From: an uncultured Methanoregulaceae archaeon
GTDB taxonomy: Archaea; Halobacteriota; Methanomicrobia; Methanomicrobiales; Methanospirillaceae
Reading direction: 5' to 3'
Length of the DNA: 64,000 nt
Assembly (NCBI GenBank): GCA_963705255.1
Contig: OY970061.1
Span: forward strand, 2,464,001 to 2,528,000
Each line of letters begins with the position of its first letter. Within the stretch, counting starts at the first letter, position 1. The notes below the pieces were generated by a model. The model was not told the DNA's origin, ran no database searches, and was given only the letters and a program-made list of their open reading frames with translations. The translations under genes and the position numbers were made by a program. Of this stretch, positions 1 through 8,656 are shown in pieces.

Positions 1-639
1 CGCCTATGAACGACGGGAGCCATGATTTTGAACTGTTCCTGGTCATGAAGCCGGATGAACACTCACTGAATGATTCATTCCGACTTAGTACCTGATCAGG
101 CACTTCTCGGGAGCCGACGTGTGAATATTATTGTGGGAAATACTACGGGATTTTCCGCGCCTCATAGGAAAAATTACGATGGCCCGACGCAATCCTGCGG
201 TTCCGGTTATGTTCTCAATGACGGATTACTTGTCACAACAAAGCCCTGCGATACCAAGGCGTTGTTTTCGGCTAATGTGACCCCGTCTGAGATATATGAT
301 TATTCCATCAATATCGCAGCGGACAATAAATACCCGGTCTCTGTTGCGATTGTTCCTCTGCTCGATTATTACCAGGTCCCCCTTGCAAATAATATGAAAG
401 AGAATGTGGCATTTTTTAATCTCCGTCCCGGAAAAAAATTAGCGGTCCCTGCAAACATTCTTATCCCGCAGGATGGGGGTGTTCATGAACTCATGGTACT
501 CTGGATTCCGCAACCGTACATTTCTCTTGATGATGATTCACGGAGCGTAAAACAATACCATCAATGGGCAACATCTGAACCAAGTATCCGGGTAGGTCTT
601 GATGGGAGATCTGATCCTCAAAACAGGAGGTCCCGGTAA
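1..639 (+). CDS. Partial hypothetical protein (5' end outside window, probable frameshift near 70-90)
   Basis: ORF 70..639. An upstream frame from nt 6 encodes DGSHDFELFLVMKP, resembling the downstream DGGVHELMVLWIPQP, which suggests an internal domain repeat. Confidence 0.5.
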
Positions 640-682
640 AACGTGAGAGCGGATCTCTCCACCGGATATAACTCATAAAAGG

Positions 683-1302
683 GTGCTGATGACAGCAATC
701 ATAAAGAAAACGGGAAATCGAAATACAGTTTCTACTATCGGTATCCTGATTTCTCTCTTCATTCTATTTATTATTTTTACCGGGTGCATCACCAATACCC
801 CGTTCACCAATTCTACCCATCCGTTCCCTCCAACAATGACAACGAACCAGTCTCCGGAACAGGCTTCCAGTTTTAATTATTCTGATATCCGGTTATTTTC
901 ACCGGATCCCATTAAGACGAATGTAAGCTGATATTGCAAAAATCGCACTGAATGATGAACACGCCAAAGAATTGCTGATGCATGGTGGAATAATTGATGA
1001 CAGAGCTGGAAGATTTCACTCATGTCCAAAAGGAGCAGTCCAATGTTATTACCCGACACTCGTCATACGATACGGAGTGATACCGTTCTATATCGAAGTT
1101 GATGAAGACACCGGCAAAATAGCCCATGTAGATGCTCAGGTTGCTGATTATCCAGATCGTTATTCCAAAACATTAGGTTTGTACCCGTACAAGGAACAGC
1201 ACTGATAATACCGTAAGCGTCTACAATGACACGACGCTCATCATGACGTACAATGACTCATCCTTCGTATACTTAAAAGAACTGGGAGAGGGGAATCCTT
1301 AG
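683..1302 (+). CDS. Hypothetical lipoprotein-like secreted protein, split by two single-base insertions
   Basis: Hydrophobic signal plus TGC lipobox in 683..931. Removing one base at about 926 and one at about 1197 joins 683..931, 972..1205 and a tail ending at TAG 1300-1302. Confidence 0.55.
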
Positions 1303-1764
1303 TTCTGTAGAAAGACTTTGAAAATCCCAGCTTTGAGATCCCGGACTTCCATACACTGAATCAGCAGTCAGATGCGGTTTCTGCTACTTCATCTCAATCC
1401 GGAGAATCGCATAAAACTCTGGTATCCCCTTCAGTAATAGTGTATGTAGCGACTGCAAACAGTGCCACATCAGCTATTCCTGGAGTTATTAACTATTGGG
1501 CAAGTACGTCAAATACACCCACCGCATTCCCTGTTACGAACATTATTGCACAACTTTTGAGGTGGAATGGATCGCGAGTGGGTTATGGTTGATCAGGGAA
1601 CCGATAGCGAATATTATACAATGTTCGCTGAAGTCTGGAAGAACAAACTGTTACCTTCATCAGGGCAGTACATAACATATTCTCAGCACTACGGCGATTT
1701 TCCCCCGGGTGCAGTTCCAGCGGCGTATTATTTAACCCGTTGGTCAAACCAGGTAACCTATTAA
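1303..1764 (+). pseudogene. Remnant or partial hypothetical secreted protein
   Basis: An open frame from about 1320 to 1575 (S/T-rich, no start) continues into ORF 1567..1764 after a one-base shift at about 1575. Confidence 0.35.
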
Positions 1765-1797
1765 TTCCTATTTTTTTTCGAACTGTTGATCATTAAC

Positions 1798-2181
1798 CTA
1801 TTTATCAAAACCATATTTTTTTGCATTTTCAAAACTGGTCTTTGATTCATTATTTTGGTGCATGTTTTGAAGGGTAATCCCTTTTGAATACCACGCATAT
1901 CCGTTCGCAGGATCTATTTCAAGGGCCCGATTGTAATTTTGCAAGGCTTTTTCATATTGGTTATTAACATCGTTGTAGTAATTTCCTCTCAGGACCCAGG
2001 CTGTCGCATTCATGGGCTCAGACTGTACCAGAGTATCGTAATAACTTTGACTTTTATTGAGATCTTCAACAATTTTCGTAGTATTTTTTTCGATTACTGC
2101 GGGATTTTGCAGCGTGCACCCGGAACTAAAAAAAACTATACAGAAAATCAGCGAAATTGGAAGATAAAAATTCATATTCAT
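1798..2181 (-). CDS. Tetratricopeptide-repeat lipoprotein
   Basis: SSGC lipobox; TPR motifs AWVLRGNYY...YEKALQNYNRALEIDP.NGYAWYSKG. Start placed at MNMNFYLP. Confidence 0.8.
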   Translation of the reverse strand: MNMNFYLPISLIFCIVFFSSGCTLQNPAVIEKNTTKIVEDLNKSQSYYDTLVQSEPMNATAWVLRGNYYNDVNNQYEKALQNYNRALEIDPANGYAWYSKGITLQNMHQNNESKTSFENAKKYGFDK

Positions 2182-2320
2182 CTTTTTTCTTTCCAGACAA
2201 TAATATTTCCGGGAGAGGCATATCGGGATAAAAAGACAAATCCCGGATACTTTCATAGTATCGCGGGCCGGTTTTGCACCATGATCCCCCGCACTTCAGG
2301 GGCCTTTTGTAAACAAACAT

Positions 2321-2752
2321 GTGCCTGCCCGTGAAGGTCTTCTGACTGCAGGCCCCCGTGTGATCCTGTATCCGGTAGATGAATGCGTTAGAACCATTAT
2401 ATACGCCTCAACGAAACACCACCGGCGGACTTCGGTAAGAAGTCCTGAACGGGTTGTATGGCCATGGAACGGATTGCTCGTATTATTGGTTACCGGATGT
2501 ATCGTGAGTATTGTTGGATTTGCCCTTGCCCAGTATCTCCCGGCACTTATCATCGTTGCTCTTATAGTCATTGCGTTTCTCTACTCGGATTTTCAGGAAT
2601 CGCATAAATCAGGCCGGAGGGATCTCAAAAAAAATGCAGTCTGTTACCGTATTCGTGATCGTGACCGCCTATTGCATGATAACAGGTTTGTGGATTTTCT
2701 GGGCAGGGATCACAGACTATCCTCTATGTTGATACCCTTGTTGACTCGATAA
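2321..2752 (+). CDS. Hypothetical small membrane protein (start uncertain, possibly degraded)
   Basis: Two hydrophobic helices in the middle of the ORF. Confidence 0.35.
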   Translation: MPAREGLLTAGPRVILYPVDECVRTIIYASTKHHRRTSVRSPERVVWPWNGLLVLLVTGCIVSIVGFALAQYLPALIIVALIVIAFLYSDFQESHKSGRRDLKKNAVCYRIRDRDRLLHDNRFVDFLGRDHRLSSMLIPLLTR

Positions 2753-2947
2753 GGGAATGGCTTGATGCCCGTCACCAGGCCTGTCTCGATGCGTTAAAAA
2801 CAATGCAGTCACCGGGATCAGAAAATACTATGCAATCCCTCCAGCAGTCCATTCTCCATCTTGAGCAGCGGATGAATGCACTGGAACGAGAGAAGAGTGG
2901 ATAATTTCAGAAGCCAACGGCGACATACAGGATATTGGTAACCAGAC

Positions 2948-3400
2948 ATGTCACCGGAAGCCCGGAACCCTCAAAAATCCTTCTTTTTTTTCTATACATC
3001 GTTGATTTCATGTGTAATTCTCATCCTCTGGCTGCTTCCTGATCTTGTAATAATAATGCATGGAGGAGAAGGGGGACCTGGACTGTGGGGTCTTTTTACT
3101 ATTATCGCTTTACCGGCTACCATCATCGCCCCGCTTGTTTATGGCTGGTATATGAAGGATATGAAAGGTGCAGTACTCATCGGAGTATTACCGTTCCTGC
3201 TGACGATGATGGTTGTGAGGATATGGTCCGGTTCCGGGAACGATAGTTACCTGATAAGAACCGTTCTCTGGATCGGTTCTCTATGTGTCATCGGGGGGTT
3301 GGAAGGTTTTTTTGCTGCAAAGAAAACTGCAGGATCTTTCCTGGTCGCACTGCTTCTTGCAGGAATATGGGCGGGAATATTTTTCAGCGGAATACGGTGA
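2948..3400 (+). CDS. Hypothetical multi-pass membrane protein
   Basis: 150-aa ORF with about 5 hydrophobic segments. Confidence 0.7.
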   Translation: MSPEARNPQKSFFFFYTSLISCVILILWLLPDLVIIMHGGEGGPGLWGLFTIIALPATIIAPLVYGWYMKDMKGAVLIGVLPFLLTMMVVRIWSGSGNDSYLIRTVLWIGSLCVIGGLEGFFAAKKTAGSFLVALLLAGIWAGIFFSGIR

Positions 3401-3547
3401 GTTTTTTCCAAGTCGTCCTCTTTTATTGGTTCATCGGGTTCCAGGTTCCTGCTTTCATAACCAGTGTTGTCAAAACACTATGAACGAGGACGATTTATTT
3501 TATTCTCCCCGTTGGATTATCGCGTTCAGTAGAGGGTTGCGCTAGAA

Positions 3548-3568
3548 TCGTTATATACCGGGTAACGA
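3548..3568 (+). promoter_or_regulatory. TATA box (TTATATA 3551-3557) within inverted repeat TCGTTA-N9-TAACGA
   Basis: Read directly from the sequence; precedes a structured region and the 3910/4167 gene pair. Confidence 0.4.
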
Positions 3569-3909
3569 AATCCCCATTCGTGGACAGCCGGGGGTTGTCC
3601 CGAAAAGAAATGATGGGTTCACCAGGCGACGAACTTCGTTGAACCCGGTCCGCCCGCAGGCATGTGATCATTATCGTACATTCTTATGAGGATTTTCCCG
3701 TGCCCGGGTTGACAGCAAGGGAAGTGATAGCATAGACTCCACATACGGAAAGCAGAACAAAATGGCGGTATCCGGCAGGATACCGTCCTGGTTAACGAAG
3801 GAGAGCGGCCACTTACACCTTACCGGGGATGTACTCCGGGGGCAGGGATTCCCGGCAGGGGTATCCGGTCAGCCTGCAGGAAAAAACCGGAAGCGGAGGC
3901 GGGCACAGG

Positions 3910-4179
3910 ATGCCGAAGAGTAAATCCGTGACTGAAGGCGGTATTCCGCTCTATCTCCTGCCTCAGGCAATCGCACGGCAGATCACCAGGATCGGCAACT
4001 CAGTGTACCGCATCAGCGTGAAACGGACGCACTGGCATTATTACAACATATCCGTCAGGACAAAATCCCTGCCAAAGGAGCTTGCCCCGGCACGGGTTAT
4101 CCAACGTGCTTCCCCGCAGGAGAGGGAACCGGACAATCATTATCCTGTCATCCAGGAGGATAAACGGTGTACGGTATGA
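3910..4179 (+). CDS. Hypothetical basic small protein
   Basis: MPKSKSVTEGG... 89 aa; its stop overlaps the next gene. Confidence 0.6.
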   Translation: MPKSKSVTEGGIPLYLLPQAIARQITRIGNSVYRISVKRTHWHYYNISVRTKSLPKELAPARVIQRASPQEREPDNHYPVIQEDKRCTV

Positions 4180-4565
4180 GCCGGGGACCACACCCGGGAA
4201 GGACGCTCGCCGTTGCCATCCCGATCGCAGAAATGCGGGGGACTGTCCATATCGTCCGGCAGGCCCGCGGGAGCCTGTATGATTTCGTGATCTCGACTGC
4301 GGTCCCGGTCGCGTTTGTCCGCGTGAAGTATACGGACTGGATTCTCATGACGCTCCCGGAGGCAGAAGCATACTACCGTGATGTGATCAATGGCCTCCGT
4401 GCCATTGCATCAACAGAGAATGTTTCGCGTGAACTCTGGCTGCGTTCCCGGCATGGGACCTGGCGGTTCTTCCGGGTTGGCGAGAACGGTCCCGTTGAGC
4501 TCTCACGGAACGGCATGGTATTCAATACACCCGGTAAGGAAAAAGTCAAATCTCGTCAGGTATAG
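4167..4565 (+). CDS. Hypothetical protein resembling Hjc/YraN-type PD-(D/E)XK fold with altered catalytic motif
   Basis: AGGAGGA RBS at 4154-4160. The pattern IAEMRG.V..VR.....YDFVI......FVRVK parallels the Hjc-like G..V.R...D.I....EVK. Confidence 0.55.
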   Translation: MYGMSRGPHPGRTLAVAIPIAEMRGTVHIVRQARGSLYDFVISTAVPVAFVRVKYTDWILMTLPEAEAYYRDVINGLRAIASTENVSRELWLRSRHGTWRFFRVGENGPVELSRNGMVFNTPGKEKVKSRQV

Positions 4566-5083
4566 GGAAGTGAGGAAGAAGGGATCTCCCCTCTTTTACC
4601 TCTCTTCTGATGGGGGGGATCCTGATCCTCTTTTGGGGGCACCTCCCAAATCTCCCCTATACGGGCTCCGATTGGCCATTTTTCCGGATCCAGAGGAGGT
4701 ATTTCGTCAAAATGAGACATTATTTCGCTAAGATTTGCTCATTTTCACGTCAGTAATCCAGAGACGCTATTTGGGTGTATTTGGAAGGCGAAAAACAGCT
4801 TGGATCGGCCTTCAGGCCAGGAGCGCCGGGAGGATGGTTAATGGGGCTTTTCAATTACGATCCCATTTTTGCGAAACCCTCCGGCAGATTTCCTGCCACG
4901 GATTATCTCCAAATGCCAGCAAAACCCTCCGTTTTGCCCTCTGAAAATTTATTCAGCCAAGCCCATCTGCTCATAAAACCCATACTGATATGTCCAAAGG
5001 AGTTCTGCAGAACCCCGTGGACGAGAAGAATGACGAAGTCATTCTTCACTGTCAAAGGGGCCCTGGAGACACCAAAAGAAAAC

Positions 5084-5220
5084 GAGGTTCGGTGAACCTT
5101 CGAGAGGTCGAAGAAATGTTTCACATTTCTTCTCCTCTTCCTGGTTCTGATGAACCAGTCAGAGGTCGAAGATTTGATCTAAATCTTCTCCTCTTCGAGG
5201 TTCGAATCGAACCTCTCAGA
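5084..5220. repeat. Degenerate tandem array of two alternating hairpins (about 57-bp unit, 2.5 copies)
   Basis: GGTTC-loop-GAACC hairpins at 5084, 5141 and 5197 alternate with AGAGG-TCGAAGA-palindrome-TCTTCTC-CTCTT at 5103 and 5161. Confidence 0.85.
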
Positions 5221-5242
5221 AACAAAAGGAGGAACCAAAAAC

Positions 5243-5746
5243 ATGGCAGATTTCGTACAGAAAACAACCGTAAAATCCGCGGTTCGCATCCTCGCGAACC
5301 CGATAGCAGACGCAGCGGCGTTCAACACGATCGTCCAGTCGGTCATCACGACCAACCCGTTTGCATGCACAGCCTATGAGACCGCCGGCGTCAGCCACCA
5401 GCCGGTAGAGAAGACCAAGGAGTCCTACGTGGCGAAGATCGTGTACCAGGATTCCGACGCGAAGACCGTCGGGACCGACTCCGGCAGGTTCAGCTCCATC
5501 GCCGGGTTCAATGCCGGCGCCACGGCACTCCTCGGGAATGCAGCCCTCACCGCAGCCCACGGGGGCACCCCGGCCCGGGACACGGCACACGAGACCTACT
5601 CGGCCACCCTGAAGTGCCACGACGCGAACGGGGAGATCTACATGGTCACCTTCGGCCGGCAGAGTGTGAGCCTCACCTCGTACTCGGACGATGCGATCCG
5701 GACCAAGGTCGATACCTGGGCCGACTCGGTGGGAGCTCTCGCGTAA
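5243..5746 (+). CDS. Hypothetical protein (MADFVQ..., 167 aa, Ala/Thr-rich)
   Basis: AGGAGGA RBS at 5227-5233; strongly biased C/G-ending codons; no recognisable domain. Confidence 0.85.
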   Translation: MADFVQKTTVKSAVRILANPIADAAAFNTIVQSVITTNPFACTAYETAGVSHQPVEKTKESYVAKIVYQDSDAKTVGTDSGRFSSIAGFNAGATALLGNAALTAAHGGTPARDTAHETYSATLKCHDANGEIYMVTFGRQSVSLTSYSDDAIRTKVDTWADSVGALA

Positions 5747-5810
5747 GGTAGTAAAGAACAGTAGCGGGAAATCAGGAACGCGATCCGATCGCCCCCCTCA
5801 TGCGCCACCA

Positions 5811-6090
5811 GAGTCGAAGAGCCTGATGGCTCTTCTCCAGGCTGCCCGTCTCTTCGGGATCGGCAGCCTTCCCCCATCGGGGGGCGGGGCGCATCAGGAT
5901 GGGACTATTACGGAGATCTGGATACCTCAAAAAAATTACAGACCCGGTAATACGTCGTTATCCTTATGTGGGGGATGCCCACGCGGCGGGGAGGCAGTCG
6001 TCGCGTCAGCGAGGATTGACTGGAGAAGAATCCTTAAGGATTCTTCGACTGCGGATTTACGAGTCGAAGAGCCTGATGACTCTTCTCCAG
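5811..6090. repeat. 30-bp direct repeat pair GAGTCGAAGAGCCTGATGRCTCTTCTCCAG (5811-5840, 6061-6090) plus an inverted copy of the core at 6023-6048
   Basis: 29/30 identity, 250 bp apart. Each copy is followed by a hairpin with a C-TTC-G loop. Confidence 0.85.
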
Positions 6091-6185
6091 CCCGATACTT
6101 CGTATCGGTCTCCCCCAAGAGCGTCAAATTTCTTCCGGGGCAACCGGAGGAAATCCCTCTTCCCGCTCAAAAAGAGGCACACATC

Positions 6186-6371
6186 ATGGAAACCGAAATT
6201 CTTGGGATATCGAACCCCGGAGGGGTGAGATTAGAGAAGACCACAAGTCTTCGAAATATCGAAAGTCGTTCAGACTTGAGACACGAGAAGACTGCAGGTC
6301 TTCGAAATATCGAAAGTCGTTCAGACTTGAGACACGAGAAGACTGCAGGTCTTCGAATGGAGGCGCGATAA
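6186..6371 (+). CDS. Possible small ORF translated through the 51-bp repeats
   Basis: GAGG upstream; in-frame 17-aa repeat (LRNIESRSDLRHEKTAG); TAATG stop/start overlap with the next gene. May be incidental. Confidence 0.3.
   Translation: METEILGISNPGGVRLEKTTSLRNIESRSDLRHEKTAGLRNIESRSDLRHEKTAGLRMEAR
6207..6357 (+). repeat. Tandem array of a two-hairpin module (49+51+51 bp)
   Basis: ATATCGA-[hairpin]-GAGA(TTA/CAC)-GAGAAGA-N7-TCTTCGAA. Copies 6256-6306 and 6307-6357 are identical; 6207-6255 has a compensatory stem (ACCCC-GGA-GGGGT vs AAGTC-GTTCA-GACTT). Confidence 0.9.
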
Positions 6372-6535
6372 TGGACACAGAGATTATCGCCATCATCCTC
6401 GGGGCCCTGCTCCCGCTCTATCCCCTGCTGTTCGCCATCTACCAGAAGACCGGCAGGTATGACGAGATCGTCGAGGAGTTCAAAAGGCTCCGGGACGAGC
6501 ACGAGCATTACCGGGAGGCGCACCATGGAAGCTGA
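6371..6535 (+). CDS. Small single-TM protein (54 aa, not in the ORF track)
   Basis: GGAGG RBS at 6359-6363; MDTEIIAIILGALLPLYPLLFAIYQK...HHGS; overlaps the next start. Confidence 0.75.
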   Translation: MDTEIIAIILGALLPLYPLLFAIYQKTGRYDEIVEEFKRLRDEHEHYREAHHGS

Positions 6536-6986
6536 GACCGTACCGGTCGCGACCGTGACCGGCCTCTACCGGGGAACATTCAGCGGCCTCGAACCGCTCA
6601 CGAAGGACACCCCCCTCACGCTCGACGAGGTCCGGACAAAGCCGATCTTCTACGAGCTGGAACTGCACCCGGAGCAGGAGAAGGAGAACCTGATCATCGA
6701 CGTGATCTACGACAACATGTCGCCGCTGCGGCTGCAGGACCTGATGCGGGGGACGGACCTCCCGCGGGGCGTCCGCTTCTGGACGGACTGGTTCGAGGTC
6801 CCGCCCTACCGGGAGATGCACGATGTGGACGGCCGCAGGGTCTACCCCCGCTCGCCGGGGATCCACACGGTCCTGATCCGGACCGCGAAGCGGAAACTGG
6901 GAAATGTCCGGGATTTCAGCCCGGCAAACGGCGGCTCCACGAGCCCGGTATTTGAGTTGTCGATAGTCGCCAGACTTGAGACATGA
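6525..6986 (+). CDS. Hypothetical protein (MEAETVPV..., 153 aa)
   Basis: GGAGG RBS at 6514-6518; biased codons; the stop TGA lies inside a hairpin repeat. Confidence 0.8.
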   Translation: MEAETVPVATVTGLYRGTFSGLEPLTKDTPLTLDEVRTKPIFYELELHPEQEKENLIIDVIYDNMSPLRLQDLMRGTDLPRGVRFWTDWFEVPPYREMHDVDGRRVYPRSPGIHTVLIRTAKRKLGNVRDFSPANGGSTSPVFELSIVARLET

Positions 6987-7011
6987 GAAGAATGCATCAG
7001 CATTCTTCGAA
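6958..7011 (+). repeat. Fourth copy of the two-hairpin module
   Basis: TGTCGA-TAGTC-GCCA-GACTT-GAGACAT-GAGAAGA-ATGCATCAGCAT-TCTTCGAA. Confidence 0.85.
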
Positions 7012-7201
7012 TTTGCCATCGCGGCGGACGTGAAGTAAGAACACGGTGCAGGCCCGGGCCGCCGCGTGCGGTACCGGGCGCCTGCCCTCAGTGCAGGGTC
7101 TTCGGAAGTTGAATAAACAGCGATACCGGAAAAATTCCCGTTACAAAAGAATTATCGCCCCTCGGCAGCACAGTACACTACCATATCACGGATGTGCTCT
7201 C

Positions 7202-7362
7202 ATGCTCGTCAAGTTTGAAATTTATTCTGATGGCAAATACTGGTGCGGGCGGGGCATCGGTGTCGATATCTTCACCCAGGGGAAGATTCTCGATGAGCTG
7301 AGCTGATGGCAAATATCCGTGAAGCCATTGACCCGGGGTTGCGGGGAGATGAAGATACCTGA
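7202..7362 (+). pseudogene. HicB-family (UPF0150) antitoxin pseudogene
   Basis: MLVKFEIYSDGKYWCGRGIGVDIFTQGKILDEL, then a 5-bp duplication AGCTG (7296-7305), then MANIREAID in a shifted frame. Confidence 0.7.
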
Positions 7363-7584
7363 ACATCACCTGAGAGACCGGAACCGTGACATTCCCGGGG
7401 AAACAGGATTGCCCCCTCCCAATAATTTCCGAGGCTTTACATAAAGTGAAGTATATATCAACTCCCTTCACACATACTCGCGATGGGAAATAGCCGGCGT
7501 GCCCTTCCGCTTTTGCCCCCGGGTAAACGACCGGAGGAGCAGGATTCATCGCAGGTATCATTCAACTACCCACAATAGTCCGGC

Positions 7585-7944
7585 TCATCTTGGCAGCCCG
7601 GCCCGGGTCGTGGAGTCCGCGAGAAGGTGCGCCGAGTATCCAAGGAAAAAGCAGGAGGCGCTGAAGACGAGCAGGAAATGGGGCATACCAGGGTAGAGCA
7701 ACGCAGGAATCGCCGTGAGCACGAAGATCACGGCAACGGATTTCAGCGCCCGCCGGCTGTGAAAGATGCCCCGGTGCTGTGCGCTGGTCGGTGGCTCCAG
7801 GATATCGGGGAAAAGGGAGCCGGTGGCAACAGCAATAATCCCGAATACAAACAGTTCTGTTGATGTGCCGTGAAAGGAACCGATAACGTGTACGTATGCC
7901 AGAAACAGTACCACGCCGATTACGAAGTGCGCCTGCCGGTTCAT
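7585..7944 (-). CDS. Membrane-bound metal-dependent hydrolase (YdjM/DUF457-like)
   Basis: N-terminal H, PD, HRGIFHS and H-LLAD motifs. Confidence 0.8.
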   Translation of the reverse strand: MNRQAHFVIGVVLFLAYVHVIGSFHGTSTELFVFGIIAVATGSLFPDILEPPTSAQHRGIFHSRRALKSVAVIFVLTAIPALLYPGMPHFLLVFSASCFFLGYSAHLLADSTTRAGLPR

Positions 7945-8055
7945 GATCCATGTGCAGTTTACGTGGGCCGGTATTAATACCCGGGAGCGGGGCGGGTGAA
8001 AGTATTGGACTCACCGCCGGGATGAAGCTGGATTCCCGTTATCAGGGTCTTCACT

Positions 8056-8397
8056 TCACGCACCAGCAACGAGGCGGTTCATGATGAGGAGCGCCCCGAT
8101 CCAGATCCCGTACGCCCCTCCGAGGCTCGCAAAGAGACTGAAGCGGTACATCAGGAACCAGAATGCCAGCAGGAACAGGAGAGTGGGGATCGCGAACCAG
8201 AATGCCGAAATGACCAGCTGCTGGGTCGTCTCCCGCCCTGCCTCGGAGTAGGTGAAGAGGAATGCGAGGGTCGTGATGATGGGCGCTGCTGCAAGCATGC
8301 CGCCGTATCTGGGATCTGCATGCTCGGCAAGGAGGGTAACCCCGACTATGACGCTTCCGCCGACAACAAATTTCAGGAGCGCAGAGAGATAGTCCAT
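8056..8397 (-). CDS. Small membrane protein (DUF3147/GlpM-like)
   Basis: LKFVVGG...YGGMLAAAP; four TM helices. Confidence 0.65.
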   Translation of the reverse strand: MDYLSALLKFVVGGSVIVGVTLLAEHADPRYGGMLAAAPIITTLAFLFTYSEAGRETTQQLVISAFWFAIPTLLFLLAFWFLMYRFSLFASLGGAYGIWIGALLIMNRLVAGA

Positions 8398-8656
8398 CTC
8401 TTGGATCATTTCCCCGTGAGGGTTAAATAGCCGGTCATTCAGAACGGCTGCCCGGGCAGTTCTACGTCAGTTATTTCCGCAGAGCGGCCCGGAGCACCGG
8501 GCAGATCCCGTACCGGAACCCGGGTCGGATAGGACCGCCGGGTCGTTCGCTGTGATGGACCGGGCCACCTTACTGGAACCGGCTTTGCCGACAGCAGCGC
8601 CCCATGGGCCTGGCCCGCGTCCAGTTTCCGGAAAAGCCCTTCCTTTCCTGCAGATC

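Noticed and set aside
6207-6357. CRISPR array
   Set aside because: The units are contiguous tandem copies with no unique spacers, and there are no cas genes in the window.
5691-6371. 226-aa ORF and other ORFs across the hairpin blocks (4390-5379, 5899-6228, 38799-39366)
   Set aside because: They overlap real genes or run through palindromic non-coding DNA, with no codon bias or protein-like motifs.
5023-7011. Canonical integron attC sites or RNA kink-turns
   Set aside because: No RYYYAAC...GTTRRRY cores and no IntI. The tandem GA pairs lack the 3-nt bulge plus canonical stem a k-turn needs in the copies I checked (5108, 6023, 6285).
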